In this document: one piece after another, positions 15,101 to 26,239 of the stretch | Layout of the letters: each line of letters starts with the position of its first letter | Numbering within the stretch: position 1 is the first letter of the stretch | Source: Lingula anatina | Lineage: Eukaryota > Animalia > Brachiopoda | Direction of reading: 5' to 3' | Length of the DNA: 64,000 bases | Assembly: GCA_051362555.1 (NCBI GenBank) | Contig: CM120640.1 | Coordinates: 21,142,001 to 21,206,000, forward strand | Made by a program: the position numbers and the translations under genes | Notes under the pieces: model-generated | What the model was told of the DNA's origin: nothing | Databases searched by the model: none | What the model saw: only the letters and a program-made list of their open reading frames with translations

Positions 15101-18100
15101 AAATTTTACGTGGAACGAGTTGAGATTATAGGTGACCTAAATCCAAGAGATGGGTATGGGGGCCCTTACCGTCTAGGAGGAGAAGCGGTAACGGTAACAT
15201 GGCGGCGGAGCCGGCGGAGCCGCAGGAGCCGGCGGAACGGACCGGACGGGACTAAAACCATGTGTACCGCCAGCGCTAACGCTGGTGGTACAATTAATTT
15301 ATACAATGCAATAAGCATAATTCTCAGTACTTTACCTTCCATTCCCTTAACTCCACCCAATGATCCCATGGCTAGTCTTAGTTCCTTTTCATCCTTTGTT
15401 AAGGCAGGGTCTATATTCCTGGACAGGGATTCTTTACCTTGGCTTTGAACTTTGCCTTGAACTTGACCCTGAACTGCTGGAGGGTCAAGGCCAACCTTAT
15501 CCTCCTCCCTGCGCCATGTTTTGTCTAGCCTGACTAACACTGGGTCTTGCTGTGGCAAGGGTGGATTGCCTTCACGGTCCCACTGTTTATTAAGCCTTTG
15601 TACTTGTTCTTGGTCTTTCTCAGCAGCTTCCTTTACATCATTGTTCAACCTGTTCCATCTTTCTGCTACACTATCCACCTGCAAGAATGGAATCAATTCA
15701 TTCTTAAATGAAACTGCAAAGTTTACATAATAGAAATCTGTATATTTTATATAGCAGTGCATCACAGAAAATGCCAAGGTCAGTTTTGCTTCTTAAAATT
15801 AATTTAAAATTTTCATTGGTTAACTACTTTTTATATCAAGCTTAAAAAGTCACTTAAATCATTTCATGAAGCTACTCCTTAAACACATCTGCCATTCCTG
15901 TTAGTTTACCTGCTCATAGGGTTGTTGCACCCTTGCTCCCCTGTCCTCCTGAGGCTGCTTCTGGTTGAAATTGTGAGGAGAAATCTGCCCTGCTTTGGCA
16001 CTGTGTAAACCCTAGTGAAGATATCGAAGGACTGGGCACTCAGTACCCTTCATGATGTATTTCAAACTAGTGAGATTTGGTGTATTTGCATAAAAAATTT
16101 TAAATAAACAAAATCACTATTTTTTTCTTTTTCAAAAATTGAAAATATTAATGATCACTTAGACACATTGTTATGTGTTCCACCGAGGGCAAAAGAAAAG
16201 TACACTAATATTTGGAATAACAGAAACAATGATCACGGACATTCCAACACATATAATGTCATGAAAACATTAAAAAATAAAAGTATTATTATAAAAACAT
16301 TAAAGTATTTTTTATTATTATTATTTTACCACACATACCTTTTCATGTGGCTCTGTACCAGTCAATGAGGGGTCCAAGTCTACTAATTTCTTCACTAAAG
16401 CATGCATCTGAGGGTTCTCCTCACAGCTCCACATATGTGAATCAATGCCAGTTTTTACCTAGATCACAAAATTATATTCATTGAACCACCAGCAAGGGAA
16501 TGCATCACAGTAAAATAACCTTAACTCCCTTAACTTTTTTTACAAGACTGCTATCACTTAAGATTATGGTTTTTCCATAATAAAGACCTTAGTTTTTTAT
16601 GGCAATATTATTACACTATTATGAAAAAGACAAATAAACATATAGCTCATGCTTCAGTATATATATTATATGAAATGAAGTGGGTAGTCAAATCTAGAAA
16701 TCACAATTCAATTATGACATTGATGGCTGTTCAAAAGACTGATAATCTGATCATAACTGTGCATCCTTATGAGGGCTGCTTAAAAGAATGGTGCTTCCTG
16801 CTACACAGAACACAACATTCCATTGTTCATGTACTTACAGGTGTATCTTGTAATGAAACAATGTTTGAACCATTGATGTAGAGAGTACATGATCTCTGGT
16901 CGTCACGGTATGGCACATGTAACAGTTGATACAATAACCTTTCCTTGGTGGATTGTATGGGACCTGTGTTCAAAAGCATAGATGTTTCTCAAGTTCTTTA
17001 TTAAATCTGCATGAAATCTGTACAGCAATTTGATATCACTGCTGCTGTAAATTGTGTATTGTTAGCAATCAATTTTATCATAAAATATATATTCAATATG
17101 TTAATTTTAATAAAGTAATATTTAAAATGTCTTCAATTAATGGGTTTTTAAATATATATCTATACCTATTACATAAACACCAATTCAATTTCATTCTTTA
17201 AATTACTATAATATAAAACACTGTTTTTTTACAACATAAACTTAAACCAAATAAACTATGGTTTATAAATACTTACAGTATCACTATAAGTAGCCTATTA
17301 TGAAAACTGATATTATAACATAAGCATTTCAAAGTTATCATTACCTATGTAGTTTATAACTTGGAGTGGGATACAGTCACTGGTTTCAGGGACAAGTAGC
17401 TGACTTCCATCATTATAATGTATGGCAACTGGTTCAGATTCATTTCCAAAATGAAGGTAGCACTGAAAACAACCAGAATAGGATAAATTCAGCACAACTG
17501 GAGGCTGAAATAATGTAGATTAAACTTGTTTGAAGGTACACCACTTTCCAGACTCCCTGTCACATAAGAAATCTTATATTTAATTAATGGGATTTCAAAC
17601 AAATCATTTTAAAATGCAAATATTTTAAAATTAATGTAAGAAATATTTCAGTGTCAAAAAAATATTGTCAAAAAGTCTAAATACAAACCTCTCCTTCAAG
17701 TAATGATTTTTCGCAAAAACTTTCTGGTAAATTTCTTGTTCCAGTGAGGACCTGTACCTTGTACAGGTCTTCTCGACCATTATTCCATCCACCAAAATAC
17801 CCCTTGACTTGTTCCACAACACAGTCCAGACCAGCCACAGTACAGCACTTGTTGAGAAGCACTGGCAAGTTTTCCCAGTTCTTAAAAAAATTGAGCTAAA
17901 ACACAAATTATCATTTTATAAAAAAATCATCAACAACCTATGCATGGTATACTACTAAAAATACCCGTAAAAAAACTTTGCAATAAGCCACATCTGCTCG
18001 AGCAATTTGTATATAAAGTGCAAGTTGGTGTGACCTACATAAGGTCTCCAGGTTTTAGAATCTATCAAAACAGCAAAGCACATTTGCATTACATCATACA

Positions 18101-21100
18101 GAGAAAAATAACTCCTCTATAAAAATTAACAGGCTTAAAAATGATGCACAGCAGTTTTCCTTATTTCTCCATGATCAAAGTACCTGTATATCTTATCTCT
18201 GCCATATAACAATTAATGCATAAAGTGCACAGTATGATACCTACCATATGCTTATTATTGGTGCTGATGTCTGCTACATAAGTATTTCTAGCCAGAGATA
18301 AAAGTCTTGCTAATAGTTCTTCATATTCATGAGGTAGAAGGTCACCAACCATGGAAGTTAAATTGCTGAGTAGGATAGTGTTGAAAAGAACCTGAATTTT
18401 GAGCAAAGCAAAAAAAATTATCTAACATCTATTGAAATGCATGTATCTATTATATTCAATTTTAAAAAGTTGTTGAAAATGAATAAATGGGCAGCTGTAT
18501 CAGACTAGTCCAGGTGTATAAATGTGTACCAAAACAATAATTTGGAAAGAACAAGTGTGGCATACTAGCATCCTAATCAGAGGAAGTGCAAAATCCAGAA
18601 CATGATTTAAACTACAGAAAATGAGAATACAGAACCAACTGTACAACATTGTGTGGATTGGCACTTCAAGGTATGCAGAATTTACTGCTCTATGCATTCA
18701 GAAGTCTGATAATTATCAATTTAATCAAAATGCATTCAACAACTTTGGTCTTATTCACAAAAGCATCATATAATACTGCTTTTTCATCTAGAACTTCAAG
18801 CATAAAATGTATGATTCTATGCCAGATATATGAATACCCTGTAAACGATGTTTTTTTTTTTCATTTTATTATTATTATTTTTTTTTTTTGCATCACGGTA
18901 CTAAACATGAATTTTTTAATGCTGTTTGCTTTACCTGATTATCATTATAAAGATATTCAACAGCTGCTGGTAGATTGTCTTGAAACAATGAGCCAACATA
19001 CAGGTTTGGGATACTATGGTAAGTTAAATTTTCTTTTACTGGTAACTTTGAATCTGGAAAACAAAATAAAACAAATGGCCAAGATGTTTAAGTCTGATGC
19101 TGAAAAAAATGATACACAGGTGATGGAGTAAGGTTTGGGTTTTGCTGCTTCATATATGTTCTTGTTCACATAGAATTTTGTTCTAGTTGAATAGTATTGG
19201 GCGTTTTTTTTTTAATTTGATTTAAAAATGTATGGTATAATCATCACTGTGAAGTGGTAATTTACAATAACTTACAATAATTAATTTTTTGTACATAAGG
19301 CCTTCAAATTAGAGAGAAAACAGAGAAGACTCCTGGGAATTGTATCATTATGAGATTTAGAAGAAAAATAAGTGGCAGCAACAACTTTAATGTTACACAT
19401 AATTCCGATCATTGTAATAAGTATAATTGCATGAAATTTTAAAATTTATTCAAATTTTTAAGGATTATGTTGTAACAAATAAGAGTTTAGTGACCTCAAT
19501 AAGGTCATTGTGATAAAGAAGTGTTATAGTAAGGTAATATCTTATTGCCCTTAGTTATACCTTCCACAGGGGGAAGAGAAAAACGGTAAAAATATTAACT
19601 TGAACTTAGACATCCTTTGACCAGTCTCAGCCCTCAAAGCAGTATCTGAAAGACTTATCACACTTGTGACTTGAAAAAATGAAAATGGCTCAGTCTCCCC
19701 CCAATCCCCACAACTGCTTGATTGCCTTAGTACTGATGTGTTTATAAAATAAAGTGGAGATGTTTAGACACAGAGAGTTCAAATTTCTATAAATCTTAAC
19801 TGGTTTAGATAACCTATGTAATCATTTTAAAAAATCCAATTACCTTTATTTTATCATGTGTTACTATTAAGCTTGTATCTAAAAACAACTCACCTTGTAT
19901 GAGCAGTGCTATAGCTGTATATGTATGGGTAGTATCAGCCAGCAGGGAAACTGTATAACCAGAGCCTATTTCCAATATACTGCCTTTGTGTCCTTTCATT
20001 TCACTTATATATGATACAAATTTTGGCAATGTGTGCTGAGGGACCTCTGGTAAAAAATCATGTACAATAATAATATCATGGAAGTTTTTGATAAGTACTG
20101 TGAACAGTAAAACATGGATAACATTTATAAAGAACTATGAGAAAATGTAAGGTGTCAAGTGCAATATATCAGTCTCTGATAAAACTGACTGACAACTGTA
20201 GAAATATAGGATGTAACACCTGAAAATTTCTCATACCTCTTGATAAAAATAATTTTTTCATGTTAAACAATATGAAACATTACTTTTAAAACGTCACATA
20301 TCACTGAGAAATAATCAAGAAAAATTGCAGTAGTATCATAATATTAAATAGATCATAAAATAGTATCAAATATATCTTTTGTACTTAGAAAAACTAAAAA
20401 TGTCATATTGATAGATTTGAACAATTATTACCATTATCAGGAAGTCTGCCAAATCTTAGAGCAGAACAAAGCCTCTTCATGACAAGGACATCCCCTGGAA
20501 GTTTCTCTTCTTGCTGTTTCTCTAACTAAAAATCCAAACAATTGTCACAAAACAATTAAAGGGATAACAACTCTTCATATGAGATTCATATTTCACAATA
20601 AATACATTGTGAACAACTCATAGAAACATAATAAATTCTATTTTACCACCAAAGCAGCAGCTTTCGCAATTATTTTGATATCTTTGCTTATGACCACGGG
20701 ACCTTAATTCATAGATGGCTACTCACTGTAATAATCTCTTCTTTATAAAAATGTCTTAAGAGATTATTACAAAAAAACAAAGTCCTGAAAAAAAAACAGA
20801 CTAATTTTGAAAGTCAGAATGGATTCATTCACCATCGGTAAGTGTGGGAAAATTGTCATTTAACCCCCCCCCCCCTTCCCCTTTCTCCCCCCCCCCCCCC
20901 CCCCCCCCCAAAATAAACAGTTGTTATCACTTGACTTAAATGCACCTTTAACAGACTAACACGCCCCCGAGTAGAATACAGAGAAGCTGGTGCTTATACA
21001 AGTAAACAAGAGGAAGGGTGTTCGTCTCTTATATCTAACTGTATTTAGTGAGAGTCCCTGATGGGTTAGGTCGGAAAACGGATAACCACACCGTGTTTAA

Positions 21101-21469
21101 ATTTGACACCCCTGAATCACTTTCCCTCCTGACCGCGTCCATATATTCTCTTCTAGCCACACTGTCATCTACAACTTGTAATCCAATAGTTGTATAAAAA
21201 TCCTTGTATTCTTCATATATCTTCCTTCTAATTTCTTTGCCTCGGACCGCACGTGACGTACGCGAAACTTCGCCCACCTGCTGCGGGGATAGTTTAACAT
21301 GTCTGTTCATATCTCCCTTTTGTGTCAAATAATTTGCAGCACTGTTGACATAATTCCTGTTATATTGAAGGCCTTCCTTCCATTCAGTTAACGCACATAT
21401 AGTTTTAGAGACAATCACAAGCACATAAAAGGCGCAGAGAGCTTTAAATGCGGCTGCTCTCTCCGCCAT
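170..21469 (-). CDS. Large uncharacterised secretory-pathway protein (at least 1657 aa; 3' end runs off the window) with three tandem SAM-methyltransferase-like + kinase-like modules
   Basis: 34 GT-AG exons joined by hand with consistent phases and no stop: 21469-21092, 20525-20432, 20046-19894, 19053-18935, 18391-18245, 17880-17689, 17504-17345, 16963-16839, 16458-16339, 16011-15910, 15678-15336, 12684-12239, 11998-11890, 11646-11491, 9086-9031, 8467-8393, 7946-7751, 7431-7323, 7118-7010, 6612-6427, 6090-5950, 5446-5289, 4931-4772, 4294-4222, 3726-3523, 3277-3162, 2868-2785, 2170-2102, 1836-1717, 1446-1305, 1151-1038, 860-778, 468-401, 233-170 (4971 nt). N-terminus MAERAAAFKALCAFYVLVIVSKTICA is hydrophobic. 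Motifs: SILEIGSGY, LGLETFHH, YEDMAPWNIVFRSGRLEYIDYD. The gene model is well supported; the functional call is inference. Confidence 0.85.
2466..2620. repeat. Imperfect inverted repeat, probable transposon remnant
   Basis: CAAGTCTTGACAATAAACAGT / ACTGTTTATTGTCAAGACTTG and TGACAAAGTTTGA / TCAAACTTTGTCA. A Tc1-like end CACTCATCCAAAAAAGTTTAGAAAC lies near 2252. Confidence 0.55.
9158..11358 (+). mobile_element. HINE-like element, family 2, with a duplicated 3' end
   Basis: 5' end AAACAAGGCAGCAAAGCTGTCAAATGTACAGACA; 3' hairpin ATGTACAGACACA-TC-TGTGTCTGTACAT present twice (~10932-10959 and ~11325-11352); (CGACGG)n microsatellite; internal ~180 bp repeats. Confidence 0.8.
12809..15294 (+). mobile_element. 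Non-autonomous Helentron/HINE (DINE-1-like) element, family 1, carrying an internal satellite
   Basis: Subterminal inverted repeats ATTGTACCACCAGC (12845-12858) and GCTGGTGGTACAAT (15281-15294), 3' hairpin TGTACCGCCAGCG-CTAA-CGCTGGTGGTACA, and a GC-rich CGGCGGAGC microrepeat. Lies in intron 11 of gene 1. Confidence 0.75.
13021..14303 (+). repeat. Tandem satellite, 9 units of ~144-155 bp (mostly 145-146)
   Basis: Units start at 13021, 13165, 13310, 13465, 13611, 13757, 13902, 14048 and 14194; the consensus begins AGGTCAAAGGTCAATTTCAAGGTCAC. Confidence 0.95.
20556..20940 (+). mobile_element. Second, diverged copy of the TTAA-flanked MITE
   Basis: TTAAAGGGATAACAACTCTTCATATGAGAT... is colinear with 50560-50850 and is interrupted by poly-C tracts; lies in gene 1 intron 1. 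Confidence 0.65.
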
Positions 21470-21694
21470 CTTTTTTGTTTACGTCAATGCATGCTGGGAG
21501 ATATTAAACTTCCGACAAAAAGTGACAAATTTTATTATCTATATTTTATAAAGGATACTCTCAATTATAATCAGCAAACAGTATATTCAATCTTTCTTTT
21601 TCTCGTACTTTTAATCGAAATAATTCATTGAATTTCAGATCTCGCTTTTCTTTGAACAACACGAGAAATACACGAGTACCAAGTAGTAAGCAAT
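21470..21694. promoter_or_regulatory. Bidirectional promoter between gene 1 and HM13
   Basis: Divergent ATGs are 225 bp apart. Contains a ZNF143/Staf-like site TGCATGCTGGGAGA (21488-21501), a CRE-like TTACGTCA (21479-21486), and a YY1-like AAGATGGCGG overlapping the gene 1 ATG. Confidence 0.65.
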
Positions 21695-23103
21695 ATGGGA
21701 GACACCACGCTGAAAGAAGTTGTTGAAAATTTGACCGATATTTCTCCAGGACCGGAGACAAATGGCACAGCAAAGATACCAGCAACGCCAGAGGGGATGG
21801 CGGTTGCGTATGGAAGTTTAGTTTTGATGGCATTACTGCCAATTTTCTTCGGATCACTTAGGTCCGTAAGGTACCATAAGGAGCAAAAGGTAAGTGGCAG
21901 CAGCCGGCGTTTTTATTCCTGCTAAACAGTAAAAAAAAAATAATAAAAATAATACAAGGAGACCATTTAATCGATAAATTCCCTGATTTTACATCTAAGT
22001 CATATAAGGCATGCGAACGAAATCGGCATTTTTCAACAACTTCATTCACATTACTTCTGCTAGATTTGCTTTTACACATGAGTTATTTGTTATTCCACTC
22101 ATGCCAACGTGAACAGAATTGGTGACATATGCCATATGGCAAGGTTTTTAAAGTAGACAGTTGCTTGCTGAAATTTGTCGTTTTTGTTTATGAAAATTAG
22201 ACGCAAAGTATATTTATTTCCCCATTATTTCATTGAGGAATCTGGAGAAAAACCTGAAACGATGTCAAGTAAAGATGCAGCCATGTTTCCCATCATTGCC
22301 AGCTGCACCCTCTTGGGGTTATATATATTCTTTAAGGTAATGCCTCTTATGTTTTTGTCAAAATATGTGAATGACATCTGTTTGATAAGTTTGCTCTGTT
22401 AATTGAAAATTAGCCTACTTGTAAATAAAACATGCCAAAAAATAGAATTGTGATGCAAAAAATGTTAATAATGCGTGTTGAAGATGTTTAAAAGATCTAA
22501 ACAAAAATGAAAAAAAGTGTAGTTCCATATGCAAATTTTGCCATCCTTGCCTGAACCAACATACTCTTGTGTTTCTATATGCCATTATAGATAGTCTGAC
22601 TTAATTTTCCAGATTTTCTCCAAAGAGTACATCAACCTACTCCTGACATTTTATTTTTTCTTCCTTGGAGTGCTTGCCCTTGCGCACATCCTAAGGTATG
22701 TTAGAAAGAGGTGATAATTGTATGAAAATGTAGTCCAGGCATAACTTCATGGTATCAAGATCTTAGTTTTCACCAGTATTCATTTTTGTAAGTATTTTAA
22801 TCTCTGGAACCAAATAGTTTTCTAAACCGCTTTATGTAGATAATTTGACAATGCACTACCAACAAAACATAGAAAGGGTCACACAGTAGCTGTCTATGTA
22901 ATGAAATTTTTTGATAAATTTTTTTATTGAAAGACCATGTGTAAATGAGCCCTTTTTATATTTGTTTAACCCTATAGCCCTGTAGTGAACAAGCTGATCC
23001 CAGCAGCATTCCCAGATGAGCAGTATCACTTACTGCTGAGAAGAGGGAAAGATAAAGAAAAGAGAGAAGGTTGGTGGTCCATATAGAATTTCCTTTCTTT
23101 TTA

Positions 23104-23136
<33 letters not shown>

Positions 23137-26091
23137 ATATAATAAAATATCAAAATAGAAAATTAATTCATATCTTCAATGTTTATAACATATTAAGTAA
23201 TTACCTCTTCTTTAGATAGCAGAGAAAACACACTTATTGTTTATCCTTGATAAATTTTATTCCTATTACAGATCTCATGGACTATGAGTTCAACAATAAA
23301 GATCTTGTGTGTCTTCTCTTGTGTGCTGGGTTTGGTGTCTGGTACCTGCTAAAGAAGGTGAGAGTGTGAGGCACATGGCATAAGTTTCACTTCAACAAAA
23401 TTGTTTGGTTTATAATGATAGTTAGAACAAGAAACATATAGGATGCTTAATGGAAATTTCACTTTAAGCTGTGCTCACTCCTAATAAAGTTATAAACAAT
23501 TTTGTAATGTCTGATATAGGATTGATGAAACATGTTTACACCTACATAGGTGAAAGTTTCTGGGATTATGCCTGATTTCGGGATTTTCAGTCTTTATTTT
23601 GATGTTTTTTTTCCCCCATATGGTCCAAATACCACACAAAATTGCAATCAACATTTTCAGGATTTCAGTTTTTACAACTTTCACCTGTCCACCTAATTCT
23701 TTTATTATATTCTATTTGCAGATGCCATATGATTGACATTGATAAAAGTTGTGATTTTTAAACAAATTATGTTAATTTTTTTTACAGCACTGGATTGCCA
23801 ACAACCTGTTTGGGCTTGCCTTTGCTGTCAATGGCGTAGAACTGCTACAGTTGAACAGAATCAGCACAGGCTGTATACTTCTAGGCGGGCTCTTTCTTTA
23901 TGACATATTCTGGGTTAGTATTCATAGGAATTGGTAAAAACAGTTTTTTTAGCTTGGTGAAGTCATATCACAAGCTCTTTTGGTAGCATAAGCCATTCAA
24001 AGAAATTGCAGACTATTTTTTAGACTTGTACCAATATGAAGACACTGAATAAATGGGACAGTTGGGTGAATAACCTAGGCTGCATTTTAGTCAAGTTTTG
24101 AAAAACTTTTAATGTATTATCTCAGCAGACATTGCAATTAGGAATCTTAACTGTAAGAAGTCAGTCTAAAGGCACCTGTTTCTCCTCAGTGACTGTAGAG
24201 GACAACAGCGGGTTTTGACTGGATACCCACAGATAGAAGTTGCAGTTGTATGATCTGCTGAGATAGTGCTTAAGTTTTAATATTTTGCCTGGAAATTATG
24301 CCATAGGGTTTCTGTATTTCATTAAGGCATACATTATATTGGTTAAAAGGATTGCACAGAATTGTGTTGTAGAGTAAATGTTGCTCAGAATTAGAAAATA
24401 TTTGTTAATTGCAGTATTATTTGTATTACAGGTATTTGGAACCAATGTCATGGTCACTGTTGCCAAATCCTTTGAAGCGCCAATCAAATGTAAGTGCATC
24501 AGTGTCAACATTCAATGTACCAATTTTATTTTTTAAATGATTTTAAATTTTTTTTTGGCTATTGTTTTTACCACAGTAACCAGATTTTTTAACATGCATA
24601 ATAATAACAACAATTGATAATGGAATGAAACAAAGCATTGTACGCTATTATGGGCATTGCTCTTATTGTAATGGAAGTAGCCTCTGAATAGTAAATATAT
24701 ATATATATATTTTTTTTTACATTTTTATGAAATGATTAACATTCATTACCTATACAAGTTCTTCATGGAAATATTATCAGTTGTACATTTTATTTTGTCT
24801 GAGAAGATGAGTGATTTAAAACATTGTGTATGTGAGAGTTACTTAGGTTATCATCTTTTCAGTGGTGTTTCCTCAGGATCTCCTGGAGAAGGGGCTTGCA
24901 GCTAATAATTTTGCCATGTTAGGACTGGGAGATATTGTTATTCCAGGCATATTTATTGCCCTTTTACTGAGATTTGATGTCAGGTATAAAAAGTACAGCT
25001 TCTCTGTTGCATTACTTATAATTTTCTTTGCTATTTGATCATTAAAAATGCACTGTTTCATTGAGCTAGTTGAATGGTAGCATTTTTCTTTTTTTAATCC
25101 ATGAAAACTTGTTTAATTTAATAAATTTAGATTGTATAATTTTTTATACATGATCTGAAATTAAACAATTCATTTTCAGGTGTTTTAGATTTTAAGAACT
25201 CTTTAATGCTGAATTCTTATTTTACTTTATTTGTGATGCCTTTTTTTCAGTCTGAAGAAGGGTGGCAAGGTGTATTTCTACACTAGTTTTGCAGCATATT
25301 TCCTGGGCCTAATGACTACAATATTCATCATGCATGTATTCAAGCATGCACAGGTATGTCAGGTCTTTTCCTAAACATATAAACCTTGTTCTTGTTATTT
25401 GCTGTACTCCAGGTACCTCTAAATAATATCACCTTTCTATTGATGCAGTCAGTCAAGATTCAATATTTTATTAGAAGCTTATTCAGTTTTTCATCTCAAT
25501 GCCTCATGATTGCACAAAACTAATTTGCAAAAACCCCTTTCTATGTATAGACATTCTTTCTGTAAAAGAAAAGAAAATATGTGTCTGCTTGCAACTTTGG
25601 TGGAGCATTTTTGATAAGTAATTGAATATTTCAGCCGGCCTTGCTGTACCTTGTGCCTGCATGTATTGGTGCACCACTCATAACTGCCATTGTAAGAGGG
25701 GAACTTAAAGAACTGTTTGCGTAAGTAGATAACAGCTACAGTTACAGTTTTTAAAATAAAAATGTTTTAGTATAAATCACATTGTCTGATAATGAATACT
25801 GAAACAAGTTGTATGTGATATTTTTGTCATCAACTATGTAGTAATTCTTTAAAAAAGAAATATGCAGTGTAAAAAATAAGTTATGTATCTAAAATTTGGG
25901 AATCTTAACAATTGCGATCTTTGTCTGGCAAATCCTGACACTTTTAATAATAGAACTCTCATTAAATTTTGGTTCCTTGTGTCAGTCGTCATTGTCCACT
26001 GTAAGACAATTTAAAGTGTGAATTCACACCAATATTGTTACATGACATGCTTCAGAAGCTTTAAGTTTTGAGTAATTATATATGTCAAATG

Positions 26092-26124
<33 letters not shown>

Positions 26125-26239
26125 CAGTTATGAAGATAACCCAGAGAAACTGGAGGAGACAAGTGAAGAGGATGAGAAATCTACAGAGAACAAACAGACA
26201 TCCAAAGAGGACGGAAAAGAAGAAAAGAAAATCAAATAA
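21695..26239 (+). CDS. HM13: Signal peptide peptidase (minor histocompatibility antigen H13), presenilin-type aspartic protease
   Basis: 11 exons (~21695-21889, 22238-22336, 22613-22695, 22978-23069, 23272-23357, 23788-23913, 24432-24489, 24863-24983, 25251-25353, 25635-25720, 26128-26239). Motifs: AYGSLVLMALLPIFFGS, HWIANN, catalytic YDIFW and GLGDIVIPG, QPALLYLVP, and C-terminal KKxx ER-retrieval signal (EKKIK*). Confidence 0.97.

Noticed and set aside
15110-15448. Arg-rich 112-aa plus-strand ORF
   Set aside because: It arises from the GC-rich microrepeat of the HINE end plus the antisense of gene 1 exon 11.
18649-19131. 160-aa plus-strand ORF
   Set aside because: AT-rich low-complexity translation, antisense to gene 1 exon 4, with no motifs.
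170-21469. Gene 1 as CPED1, or as several separate genes
   Set aside because: No cadherin-like or PC-esterase motifs were found, and the exons join in one continuous reading frame with no internal stop.
170-21469. Bacterial contamination or recent horizontal transfer explaining the WbdD-like motifs
   Set aside because: The gene has 33 or more canonical spliceosomal introns, host-like base composition and intronic host transposons; any transfer would have to be ancient.
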